Source: Eledone cirrhosa
Lineage: Eukaryota
DNA length: 64,000 bases
Direction: 5' to 3'
NCBI GenBank assembly: GCA_964016885.1
Contig: OZ024745.1
Coordinates: forward strand, 103,974,001-104,038,000
The notes below the pieces were generated by a model. It saw nothing but the letters and a program-made list of their open reading frames with translations, searched no databases and was not told where the DNA came from. The position numbers and the translations under genes are program-made. Position 1 is the first letter of the stretch. Every line of letters begins with the position of its first letter. Of this stretch, positions 48,938 through 61,663 are shown in pieces.

Positions 48938-50527
48938 CTAATATAATAAAATAATAAAATAAAAAAGAACAAACACTTCTGAATTTCTCAATATGAATGT
49001 AGCTGTAAATTAACACAACTTGGGAGCCTTGAAACTGCTAGCTTATCCATATATTGAATAATGCATAAAGTCATACAGAAGCCTTGGACATGCATATTTG
49101 CTTCCAAAATATTATTAAAGCAATTGAATACATTTTTTCATGACAGGTTTCTATGAAACTTTCTGTAAAATCCCTTTAAAGAAAACTACTTTTTTAAAAG
49201 AAAAAATCTAATAAAAAAATTGCCAAATTTGAAACTGAAAACCTCAAAAAACAGATATTGTTACAGTAATGGCTGACTGAATACACACAGGTTTTTTTGT
49301 TTAAAAAATGTTTTTCTGTTCCTTCCTCTTCTACTCTCTATTTTGTCTTTTATTTCTCATTCTATCTTCTGGTGAAGGACTAGAGTCTGAAACATTAAGA
49401 CTCTTTTCCTACTACATCAAGCATTAAATTAATTTATTTCTTCATTGTTTCAGTTTACTTTTTGGACACACACATACATACATACATACATACATGCTGT
49501 ATTTCCCGGTGCTGAAGACGTTACTTTTTCCCTAAAATAAGTCTCAAAAATCTACCATGAGTCCTGGAGGTTGAAGGTTGTGTATTATTTTTTTTCAAAT
49601 TTTTGCTTGTCAAAATTAGGGAGCGTCCTCGAGGACACAGCATCTTTGGCGTCAGGAAATACAGTATATCTGTACGTAGAAAAATGCTGAGGAAAAAAAA
49701 AGCATAAGCCTTTGAATGCTGAAAGGTGAATAGATATCTAACCAATAGCATGGTGAAGTCTAGAAAGAAAGATAGCAGCAAGAACAGAAGTGATGAAAGA
49801 TGGGGAGCAAAACTGTAGAGAAGTGAGAGTAAGTAAGAGTTGGAAAAGGGAAGAGAGATAGAGAATCCTAGTAAATAATAGTAAATGTTAACTTGTTAGA
49901 GTTGAAAGAAAATGCTGTGTAGCATTTGTCAATAAGCAATTATTATAAAAGAAAAACATGTGTCTCCTGGATTTTAGAATAGGTACACCGTATCCCTGAA
50001 TGTTGTAAGAGGTGACTTAAAATGACTTGGTGTCAGGAAAGACATCCAGATGTAAAACACTGTCTTAAAATATCTCATCCAACCCATGCCAGCAATGGAG
50101 ATGTGGGTGGCCATTAAAAATACAACAAACAAAAAAAAAAAATGATCATGAAAGACAGTGAAAAATCATACCTAGACAATGTCAAGAAACAGACAAAAGA
50201 AATGAACCCAAAACAATTACATGACAGGTATTTCCACACCCCAATCACACTGACAGCAAGCTGTCTATTTGAATATTTTCTTAGGTAGTTTCCACACAAA
50301 AGACAGTAGCACTGTGTGTGTGTGCATATTGTACATGAGAGTGTATGTAGATGTGTCTTAAAACATTATTATTTATGTTTAACTTCAAGCCAAAGAATAC
50401 AGACCATTATATGTGTGTGTGTGCGTGTATGTGCATGTGTGTATCCTGGATTCAATCGGGGGTAACCAGAATTAAGTGAGGTACTCGATACATAGCAGAG
50501 TATAAATTTTTAATATAGAAATCGCTG

Positions 50528-50592
50528 CTACAGGACTAGAACTGTTTCATTCAAAGGAAATCATCGGGAATGAAACAGTTCTAGTCCTGTAG
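50528..50592. repeat. 25-bp-arm perfect inverted repeat, probable Penelope inverted terminus
   Basis: ctacaggactagaactgtttcattc-(15 nt)-gaatgaaacagttctagtcctgtag. The minus strand has CCGATGA-tttcctttgaat-GAAAC. Confidence 0.8.
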
Positions 50593-50780
50593 AAGCCATT
50601 TATATATATATATATAAATGTGGTTGGTGTTAGGAAGGGCATCCAGCTGTCGAAAACCTACCAGAGACACTTCCGTACGAGCAAGATACAGTCTCCCAAC
50701 CATTCGTGCATCAAATAGAACAAAACGGTCTAACCCATGCTAGCGTGGAAGATGGACATTAAACGATGATGATGATGATG

Positions 50781-50812
<32 letters not shown>

Positions 50813-50979
50813 ATATGTATATATATTTATATATATATTATAGGCACTCGTTTTACGTGTGTTGTATTGAAGTGAATAGCTGTGAATATTCTGCGAATGT
50901 ATCTTACATTGCCCATGGAGTACGCTGAGATACAACCGGTCCTGGCATTGATAAATATGCTGGGTCCGTCAACTCCTTA

Positions 50980-51623
50980 TCTATATATATAAAACTGAGG
51001 ATGTCTGTCTGTGTGTGTGTCTGTGAGTTTGAATCCCTAAAACTCGAGAAGTACCCAACTGATTTTTTTCAAACTTTACATGTGTATTACATATGTTGCA
51101 GGGAGTGTTATGCACATAAAAAATTCTACTTTTTGATCCCCTAGGGCCTGCATTAGGTGAAAAACTGCGTTTTTTCAGCTTTTTAGCGGTTTTTTGAGGC
51201 GTTACGTCAGACCGATTTCCTTGAAATTGTAACTATGTATTAGTCAGTCTCTTCTTCATACCATGAGCAAAGAAAATCCAACTTTTTTTTATGGCCTAGG
51301 GTCCGCATTAGGTAAAATATTCATTTTTTCAGCTTTTTAGAGCTTTTTTCAGGCGTTACGTCTAGCCGATTTTCCAGAAATTTCAAGGCATATTATGCAC
51401 ATAAAAAAAATTCGTTTTCTTGATCCCCTAGGGCTCACATTAGGTGAGAACCTGCACTTTTCCTGCTTCATCGAGGAAAATCTCAAAGATTATCCAGCCA
51501 TCAGAGTATTCGGTTTATTTTCTTTACATATTGTCCAGGCATGCAGTTTTTTCACGATTAGGTCTGTTGGCGGCCCGCGTTCCAAAATACCTTATCCCGT
51601 GCAACGCCGGGTACCACTGCTAG
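50980..51623 (+). mobile_element. Non-autonomous Helitron with internal sub-repeats
   Basis: a|TCTATATATATAAAA start, (TGTC/TG)n microsatellite, terminal hairpin CCCGtgcaacgcCGGG, then CTAG|t. No TSD. Confidence 0.9.
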
Positions 51624-51689
51624 TTTTATATATATATATATATATATATATACTATAAATTATGTTCATAGAATCATTTGATAAGATAT

Positions 51690-51887
51690 ATACACCATTT
51701 CATCTCAATAGTTGATATTTGAGATGTAAATATCCCAGAAATTACAAAGTCTAGGAGTGAGTGAGTGTTATAATGTTGATAAATTTTGAGCTGTTCAACA
51801 TTAAAACTGGTCAGTCTCATTGTCCTAGACTTTATAGTTTCTGAGATATTTACATCCCAAATATCAATTTTTTTTAAACACACTGTA
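51690..51887. mobile_element. Degraded Tc1/mariner-type MITE
   Basis: Inverted arms ttgatatttgagatgtaaatatcccagaaa and tttctgagatatttacatcccaaatatcaa. Ends in acactgTA. Confidence 0.6.
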
Positions 51888-52416
51888 TATACCCTAGAAG
51901 ATTTCACACCCATTGAATACAACTATTTTTTAAACCTATAAATGCTGCTCCGTCAATGGAATCAAGGTCTGAATATGTGTGTGTGTGTGTATATATATAT
52001 ATATCCTCTTATCACCCTTCACTTTCTAGTTATCTTCTATTTCTATTTCTCATGACGGACTAGTGTTCAAAACGTTAAGACTCTCTTCCTTTTATTTCAA
52101 GTATTAAACTAATATATTTCTTCCATATACTGTGCCGTTATTTTTGTTATTTCAATCAGGATAAAACTTTACACTATCAATGTATAATTTACACTATGTC
52201 ATCTTCCTATCCAGCTCCTTTGGAACAACAAAAATATTCTCATTTAGCTAATATAAAGAATGACAAAAAATAATTTAACTCCTTGATTACATTTAATGCA
52301 CAGATGCTTGAATTCTTGAATATTCCTACCTCCATTGTAAAAGTAACAGGTCTATCCTTTCACGAAACCCTTAAAGCCAGGGACATTTCAGCATCCCTTG
52401 TGTGTGTATATATATA

Positions 52417-52942
52417 TAGTATCTAGAATAAGGACAGGATGGAAGTTTAGGGAGCTGCTTCGTCTGTTGACAACGAAGGGTTTTTCCCTGTGAACGAAAG
52501 GTTGGTTGTATGATGCCTGTATGAGATGTGCGATGCTGCATGGTAGTGAGACATGGGCAGCAACTGCGGAGGATATGCGAAGGCTGGAGAGAAATTAAGC
52601 AAGCATGCTCTGATGGATGTGCAATGTCTGTGTGTGTGAACGACCAAACAGACGAGTTGAGAGTGGAACTGTGTATAAGAGGAATAAACTGTAGTGTGAA
52701 GGACAGAAGACTGTGTTGGTATGGCCATGTGATGCGTATGGAAGATGACCACTGAATGAAGAAGTGCCATGTAGAAGGAAGGCGCAGTAGAGGAAGACCA
52801 CGAAAAACATGGGCGGAGGTGGTGAGAGCTGACCTCAGATTGCCGAAGTTCACAGAGGAGATGACGAGGGACCGTGGCGAATGGTACCCATTCCCACCCT
52901 TGCAAGCAAGGAAAAGCACATGTATGATGATGATGATGATGA
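52417..52942 (+). mobile_element. RTE LINE 3' fragment
   Basis: Homologous to 28915-29470, with an (atg)n tail. Confidence 0.9.
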
Positions 52943-53006
52943 TATATATATACATATAGACATACACACATATACAATGAATTTCTGCATGTCTGTGTGT
53001 GTGTGT

Positions 53007-53138
<132 letters not shown>

Positions 53139-53714
53139 GCACATGGCTTAGTGGTTAGAGCATTGGGCTTGCAATCGAAAGGTTGTGAGTTCAATTCTCA
53201 GACCGGGTGATGTGTTGTTTCCTTGAGCAAGACACTTTATTTCACATTGCTCCAGTTTACTCAGCTGTAGAAATGAGATGATAGGGACTGGGGTCCCTAT
53301 CATTCCACTGCAAAGTGGTCATGGAGGTGCCACGGCAAAAAAGCACCCAGCACTCACTGTAAATGAGGTTGGTGTTAGGAAGGGCATCCAGCTGTAGAAA
53401 TCAAGCCAGAATCAGTTCCCGTCCCACCCTTGCAAGCAGGGAAAAGCAGACGTAAAATGAAATGATGATGATGATGATATATGCAAAAGGTAAACAGAAA
53501 TAACAAAGCAAACAACACTAATCTATAAATGCGAACCCGAGGACCAGGAACAAAATCCTACATGTGACGCATGACTCAACTTTGAATAAAGAATGTAAAT
53601 ACCAATTTTCATGTTAGCCGCACCTATGCTAGCATGTGTAAAAATGCATATGTCAAACTTAAGACACTACTGAAGTGGGTGTGCCATGTATTTTTAGCTT
53701 GTGGGACTTTAAGC

Positions 53715-54011
53715 AAGCATAATAATTGTTTCTACTTTTGGCACAAGGCCAGCAATTATCCAGTGTATTACTGGTACTTTATTTTATCGACCCCGTAAGG
53801 ATGAAAGGTAAGCATAATAATTGTTTCTACTTTAGGCACAAGGCCAGCAATTACCCAGTGCATTACTGGTACTTTATTTTATCGACCCCGTAAGGATGAA
53901 AGGCAAAGTCAACCTCGGCGGGATTTGAACTCAGATCGTAAAGGGAGGTAACTATGCTGGAAAGCATGGCGTCCGACCCTCTACCGATACTGCCAATCCA
54001 AGCATAATAAT
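53715..54011 (-). mobile_element. Two tandem SINE-A copies sharing a triplicated 12-bp target site
   Basis: aagcataataat occurs at 53715, 53810 and 54000, separating a truncated copy and a near-full copy. Confidence 0.88.
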
Positions 54012-55234
54012 GTTTTCTGTCTAGAGATATAGCACATAGAGGCATGCATACACACACACACACTCAAAATCAATACTCTATAGTATTATTTTTATTAGAT
54101 ATTAGGTCTTGGTAACCAGATTAAAGATTCAACTCATTAACAGAAACATAAACACTAATAGAGCTATGTCTGGATTACAGAATATTGTTCCCAAGATATA
54201 ACAGCTTACACAATATAGTAACAAATAATAGCCTTTCTATGTGATTGTGATGCAATTTTACCTTTTCATTAATATTTCTTATCTTAGTATTTCTTTCACA
54301 ACCTGTTTCATACATTTCTTATTGTAGTTATGAATTCTTTCATAAGCTGTTTTATACAATCCAACCTGTTTGCTTTACAACTTCTCAGTATTTTATGTGA
54401 TAACCACAGTACAAGCCTAATCGTAATACTAGTCACAGAACAATCTAAACCTACATCCATCTCAACTCTAATGCTAGCTAGAATTTTACTATAACAGTCA
54501 GAAAAATAGACAATGTGCAAAATAGATTTCAATACTATTTTGTGCTTAACACTTTAGCATTTAAACTGACTGTATCCAGCCAGAATTCTCTCACCTCTTT
54601 CTGCCCAAACTGGCCATAACCAGCCACTTATACCAACGTTAAAGTATTGTTCTCAAAATAAGATTTGTTATGATGTGAGATAAAGCCTTTACAGTAAAAA
54701 TACAACAGAAGAGTAATGTAAATGCTAAAAGGTTAAGATACAACTCGATGTTAGATGTTAAAAAAACAACAAGATTTTTACAAAAGAAATGTAGCAAAAA
54801 GATAGTGTAGTTTCTTTAGTACAGAGAAGTGTTTTTCAACATTTTACTTCTTCAAGTCATATATATTTTAAACTTTGATACTTGTGGTAATTGTTTTTAG
54901 AATCTTTAGAAATTATTTTCATTTAACTGATGGTTCAAATTTATGTTACAGGTTGGTGTTCTAAATATGACATAGGTGCAATAGTTTGGTTGAAAACTTA
55001 GAGTATATTATTAGTATACACACTAATGAAATAAGTTGTAATGAAAGAAAAAAAGAACATTTTTTTTCTTTATACAAGCCTAAACTATCTAAATCATCAG
55101 ACAAATACCTAGTTAAATAAAAATATAATTAAAATGTAAACCATAACAGAAAATTCCATCATGCTAAAGACCTTTGGATGTGGATCTCTGTCTACAGAGA
55201 ATAAGAAGTATGATATAATATATTGATTTCAGGT

Positions 55235-55392
55235 AAGACCAAGTGATTAAGATGTTTGCTTCACAATCATGAGGTCTCAGATTTGATCTTGCTGTATGGT
55301 ACCTTGGGCAAATGTCTTTTACCACAGCCTTGAGTCAACCCAAGTCTTGTAAGTGAAATTTAGCAGACAGAAAATGTGTGGATGTCTGTCAG
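55235..55392 (+). mobile_element. Old tRNA-SINE fragment
   Basis: gtgattaagatgtttgcttcacaatcatgaggtc..ggtaccttgggcaaatgtctt shows a tRNA-like head plus a CORE-like ccttgggcaa motif. Confidence 0.55.
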
Positions 55393-56630
55393 ATGGATTG
55401 TACTTGTAGTATACAGGTTCAGCCATGTCATATATCGTGTTCCACTGATTTGGCCTGGGAATTACATTAAGAGTATGCATATCTGTGGAATACTCAGCCA
55501 CTTACATGTTAGATGAAACCAAATAACAAATGGGTAAAGAAGTGAAAAGAATCTATGAAAGAGGAAGACTGAAGAAGACATAGGAAGAAGTACTGGAAGA
55601 TGATGTCAAGATACTGAAACATACAAAGAAAATAACAAAGGACTATAAGAAGGATCTGTATTGGAAAATACTCAGATAATCTATCTCTGTAAGCTTGGAA
55701 AGCTGGATGTAAAAATGTCAACATGAGTTTTATTTGTTGACATTTTCGAGAAGAAAAAAAAACAAAAAACTGTACATTTCTTAGATTCATGTCATAAAGC
55801 CATAAAGAAACAGTATAATTGACTGAATGAACCTCAGTACATATCTAGTACTTATTTTAAATGACTACCCCAAATGAATGAAAAGCAAAGTTGAGCCCAG
55901 CAAGATTGAAACTCAGAACATAGAAGGTTTGAAACTAAATGCTGTGCTATTTTTGCAGCAAAATTAAAAGGGCTTTGTGCCCTTTAGCATTTAAACCGAC
56001 CGTATCCAGCCAGAATTATCTCACTTGTTTCTGTTCAAACCGGTTGTAACCAACCACCCATACTGATGTTAAGGTAGTGTTCTCAAAATGAATAATATCA
56101 AAATCTCATAGATTCGATATTATGTGAGGTAAAGACTTTTTTTTTTTAGTTTGTATGTGTAGACACAGATTCTAATACAAGTTTTTTATTTGTTTATTTT
56201 AAATCTAAAACACCATTTCACTTCTGCATTTTTCTTTCACACATTATTTCTTTAAATAAAATATTCAAAATTATTGCAGTATGTAGATTGTCTGTGTTTT
56301 TAACATTTTTAGGTTACCCTGTTATGTGTTGTTTTAACATGGTTTCGTCTGAAATACAGCCTCATAAATTATACATATCTTTCTGTAATCATTCATAAAG
56401 AAATTCACATTTCAGGTGAAAGCAAATTAAAACATTCACTCATGTAATTTGTTTTAAATTATTTATGAAACAGGGCAACCAAGAGCACTTGCTGCTGGTA
56501 AAAATCTAAAGTAGTCCAGACTAATTCTGACGAATAAAATTTGATGTTAATGAGGTGATCTGGTCAGTATAAATTAGCAATTCAGTGTTGTAAAGCAGGG
56601 AAACCCTTCTGCTGACATTAACAATATGAT

Positions 56631-56707
<77 letters not shown>

Positions 56708-57290
56708 GCCTATCATTTTTCTTTTTATTGTTAGTCCAAGGGGAAATCTGATAATCCTATGATGAAATACATAATAAAAAAAAAAAGGTGGTGGTGGTAG
56801 TAGTATTAGTTAACATAAGAGTAATAGTAGTATGGTCTCATTTGAAGTGTTTCACATTAATACTTTGATGGAAAGATATAGGTATGTTAAGTTGCAGTGT
56901 GATGCAATCCTATGAAGGAAGGATTGATGAAAGTATGGTTCAAAGAGAATGGATTTGTTTTTATCTAAACAATCTTACACAAAGGTAGATAATACATATG
57001 TGTGTAAAGTGGTTGGCATTCATCTCCAGAAAACCAAGATGTGGTCACCTAGCCAGTCTAGCTTCAGAACGTACCACCTGTCTAACCTATGAAAACATGG
57101 AAAATAGATGTTAAATGCTATATATCTTATACTATATAAAAAGCAATTGAGAAACCCTGGCATAGAAGTAACTTTCAACCGAACATCATAATACACCTTT
57201 GATTGAAATTGAAGACAAACTGTCGGAAATAAATGGACTTGCTCTGCATCTATTAGGCCTTCCTCGCATTGATAGAACTAGTTTTTATGG

Positions 57291-60217
57291 CAGAGGTCAG
57301 CAACCTTTTGGAGAGAGAGGGCTAAACAGCTATGTAGCGTCATGGAGGAGGGCCATGTTATTAAATATGTAAATAAATTTGCAGGAGGTTTAAAGCAAAA
57401 CAAGGAATTTAATATAATTTTATTTTAACAAGGCCCCTTATTTTACTGCAGGAATAACAAAAAAGTAAAAAATAAAAAAAAAAAGCTGCAAACACATTCA
57501 ACAAAAAAAAAAGCAAATTCCTTGCTACAAACGAAATACAGTTAGAAATGGTAAATGATTTAATGAGACACTTGTTTCTATTTATTGTGCAATAACTTCT
57601 CCACATCAGGTGAAATATTTGTCGATGACAGGAGCAAAATATCATCCAGGTGGTCGTCACGCAACCTTGTTCTTAAATGACTTTTAGTATATTTCATTTT
57701 GGAAAAAAGTTGTTCACAAGCATATGTACTTCCAAATAATGATATCATCAGTTTCGCATTAGTCAAGATGTTTTTATATTTTCCGCTTGGCAATATATAT
57801 TTCTTGTAGAAGTCAGCAGTGGATTCGAACTGAAATTTCGATTTCAAAGATTCGTCGCACTGTAAATCAATTAACTCCAACTGATATTCTTCTGATATAT
57901 TTCTTTCGTATGGAGTACCAAATAACTTAAATAGAGTTCCATATTGCCGGAAGTCAGCAAAACGAGAGGAAAACTCGCTTCTCAAATTCTTAATAGAGCT
58001 CACAAAGATGTCTGGTATTATATCTCTCTTGTGATTTTGGAGACTTGGGAAATGAGAGTAGTTTCCTTTTTGAAGTTGTGATTCCCACAGTCGAAGTTTT
58101 CTCTCAAAAGCAGTAATTTGACCAAACATCTCAAATACAACCTTGTTCTTTCCTTGAAGCTCAAGATTCAAAGTGTTCATGTGAGTCGTAATCCACTAAG
58201 AATCCACTAAATATGCTAATTTGACAACCCACTGTGGATCCTGAAAGTAAGAATTATCTTGGTCTTTGCACTCTAAAAACATAGAAATCTCTTCTCTCAA
58301 TACATATACTCGTTCTATCTTCTTTCCGCAGCTAAGCCATCGAACATTTGAAAAATATGTAAGGTCGCCATACACTGCTTCAATTTGTTTTAGAAATTCT
58401 TGAAACTGGCGGTGATTTAGTTCTCTTGACAGTATAAAATTCACTGTTTTCACGACCACTGCCATGATGTCCTTAACATTCAGTGACTTTGTACATAATG
58501 CTTCTTTGCACATAATGCAATGAAGTTTGATTAGTTTTTGATCAATACCGATGTGGTTTTGGAGCAATGCAACAAACCCCTTTCTCTCTCCAAACATTGC
58601 TGGTGCTCCATCTGCGATTACTCCAGAAAGCTTTGATAAATCCAGATTCATTTCGGTAATCCATTTTATTATGCTTTCCAAAATATCTGCTCCAGTGCTA
58701 GTGTCCTTCATAGGAATCAATTGTACAAATTCTTCCACAATATCAAATGTTGGTGTTACACCCCTCACAAACACTGCAAGTTGACAAGTATCCTTCATAT
58801 CTGTGGTTTCATTGATAGCAATGGAATAATACTCCAGGTTATTTAAAATGCCCTCCAAGCCACTTCTGACATTTGCTGCCAGCTCTTTAATTCGCCTTAT
58901 TACTGTTCTTGCCGATAATCTGATTGCAGAAAATAATTCCCTTTTTTCTGGACAAACAACATCTGCTACCTTCAAGAATAATTCTTTGAAGAAATCTCCA
59001 TCAGTAAAAGGTTTCATCCTTTCTGCAATTAGTTTTGACACCTTGTAGCTAGCACGAGTGTTTCGGTCACTTTCTTCAACTTTTCTAGTGAAAAAGGATG
59101 ATTGCTTTGTTACATTACTTCTCAGCCGTGCAACTTTGTTTACTCATGCTTTTCCAGTAAAACTGTTGTAATGATTATGACAAGTTTCATAGTGCCGTTT
59201 AATATTTGAAACTTTCTTCACGACAATGGTTTCTTGACAAATTAAGCAAACACATTTTCCGAAGGGCTCAATGAAAAAATAGCTTAGTGTCCAGCCATCG
59301 TTAAAAGTTTGGCGCTCCAAATCCACTTTTCTTTTCTTAGCTTCCATGGGCTTGTTTTTGTTCAAACAAAAAAGATTTATGGAAAGGAAAAATGAACAAA
59401 AAGTATAATAATCAGAATGAAGAAATAAGAAACAATGAAAACAAATGTAAATGCAAATACAGTAATGCGATAAAATATGATAATTGTGAATAAATTATAT
59501 AAAACCAGGTTTCTAATGACGTTGTTAGATCAGAGTTGTCATTTGTTTTTTTAAACCACTTTTGGCCTAATTCTAATAATAATAATTCACACAATTTATC
59601 ACAAATAATTAAATAAACGTTATTATCAAATAAAGATACGTACTGTATAGTTGTTATACCACCAGACAACAAACTCAAATGAAAATACTCTGGGGAGGAG
59701 GGAACAAAGTAATTTTTCCAAGGACAGCTTTACCTTGTGCCGGGGGGCACAGGTAAGGTCAGGCAAATGAAGACGACAATAATTCACGAGTGATTTTATT
59801 GAATGACAATATGGGTTTAAAAGCGAGTCATGCGAACCGTAAGGTAGTATACCTTCCAGTCGCTGGCGAAAATGCATATTTCCAGCCAACATTTGTATTT
59901 GTTGACTGGAACAAAAACACATACATGAAATCACAGGAAATAATAATACAGGTGATATAATGATTGGCGGAAAGCCCAGAAAAAGATGGATAAGAGGAAA
60001 TAACAATAAATGGAAAATATAATAAGGTTACAAAGGTATCTGTAAATATATACGGTATGAGCAGCGATTTGTGATGGGCATCAGGTCAGCAAGAACCTTG
60101 AAGTAAACAACTGTATCTGTATTCGATACTAATTAGATAATTAGTGTAAGATGGTGGGCTGGACAAAAATCACTCGAGGGCCGGATGTGGCCCGCGGGCC
60201 GGGGTTGCCGACCCCTG
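57291..60217 (-). mobile_element. hAT transposon of the Buster/SPIN group, about 2.9 kb
   Basis: TIRs cagaggtcagcaacc and ggttgccgacccctg. Degenerate 8-bp TSD with central TA (ttttatgg / gtctaagg). Subterminal gggccggatgtggcccgcgggcc. Confidence 0.92.
57560..59347 (-). pseudogene. hAT (SPIN/GTF2IRD2-like) transposase with stops and frameshifts
   Basis: KKRKVD..CVCLICQE..NIKRHYETCH (BED-like), SIAINETTD, DGAPAM, HCI, VRWLS, FGSTYACEQLFS. Confidence 0.92.
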
Positions 60218-61605
60218 GTCTAAGGAGTGAAATTGTGCAAAAATCTTCATACAACCCAGAACACCTCATATCCTATGTAAATGAAAACAAGCCAAAACTT
60301 CTAGATGATTAAAAAGCAGTATATAAAATTATACTACAATGGAGGCACATGGCTTAGTGGTTAGAGCATTGGCCTTGCAATCGAAAGGTTGTGAGTTCAA
60401 TTCTCAGACCGGGTGATGTGTTGTTTCCTTGAGCAAGACACTTTATTTCACATTGCTCCAGTTTACTCAGCTGTAGAAATGAGATGATAGGGACTGGGGT
60501 CCATATCATTCCACTACAAAGTGGTCGTGTAGGCGCCACGGCAAAAAAGCACCCAGTACTCACTGTAAATGAGGTTCGTGTTAGGAAGGGCATCCAGCTG
60601 TAGAAATCAAGCCAGCATCAGTTTCCGTCCCACCCTTGCAAGCAGGGAAAAAGCGGACGTAAAAATGAAATGATATATATATATATATATATATTACAAC
60701 AGAATTGTGGCCTACTTTTCATCGATGCTCCAGTTGGAACTGGTAAAAACCTTCTTCATAAACCTATTGTTGTCTAAAATTCAACAAGACGAAAAAACAG
60801 CTTTAGCAGTTGCTTCATCTGGAATTGCCGATATACTTTTACCTGAGTGTCGGACAGCACATTCTACTTTCAATTTGGACTTGGGCCTCAGCTTGAATGA
60901 AATATCCGTGTATCATATAAAGAAGAACTCAGGAGCTGCTCAAGTATTGCAAAGATATGTAGCAATTTTGTGGGATGAATGCACAATGGCACATAGGCAT
61001 GCTTTGGAGGCCTTGGACAGAACACTGAAAGATATACAGAACTGCACAACAATCATGGGAGGAATCACTGTTGTTTTGTCAGGGGACTTCCGACAAACTT
61101 TACCTGTGATATCAAAGGGGACTCATGCCAATCAAGTTTGAGCTTGCCCAAAATCGTCAACTTTATGGTCACGTATTACCAAACTCAATTTAAGAACCAG
61201 CATTCTGGCACAACTTCACCATGACAGCAGAGTTTGCAAAAAAACTTCTGAAACTCGGTGAAGGAAACATATCCATTGATACTGAAGGATGTTTTGATCC
61301 TTCATCAATTTGTAATATTGTGGAAAGTACTGATTAATTAAACAAGTGTTTCCCAATTTCAAAATCCACCATTCCAATGTGGATTCCCGGGCAATGCCAA
61401 GAGCCTTTGCTAGTATATATATATATATATAAGCGCTAAACTAATATATTTGTTCATTGTACAGTACTGTATGCTTTATTGTTTCCATTTACTTTTTACA
61501 TACACATACACACACATATATATAATTGCATTTAAGCTGAAATGAATTAAAATAAGAATGTCTATATGAAGCAAACAAAATGTGAAAGTAATTCCCACAA
61601 AAAAT

Positions 61606-61663
<58 letters not shown>

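Larger units (their letters stand above)
57125..61413 (+). mobile_element. Internally deleted Helitron carrying a PIF1-type helicase remnant, interrupted by a hAT and a SINE
   Basis: a|TCTTATACTATATAAAA start and cccgggcaatgcc..gCTAG|t end. Helicase motifs FIDAPVGTGK, LAVASSGIA, RTAHSTF, WDECTM, SGDFRQTLPV. The peptide runs across the hAT (LIEIEDKL..LGLPR..|..SYNPEHLISYVNENKPKLLDD). Confidence 0.88.
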
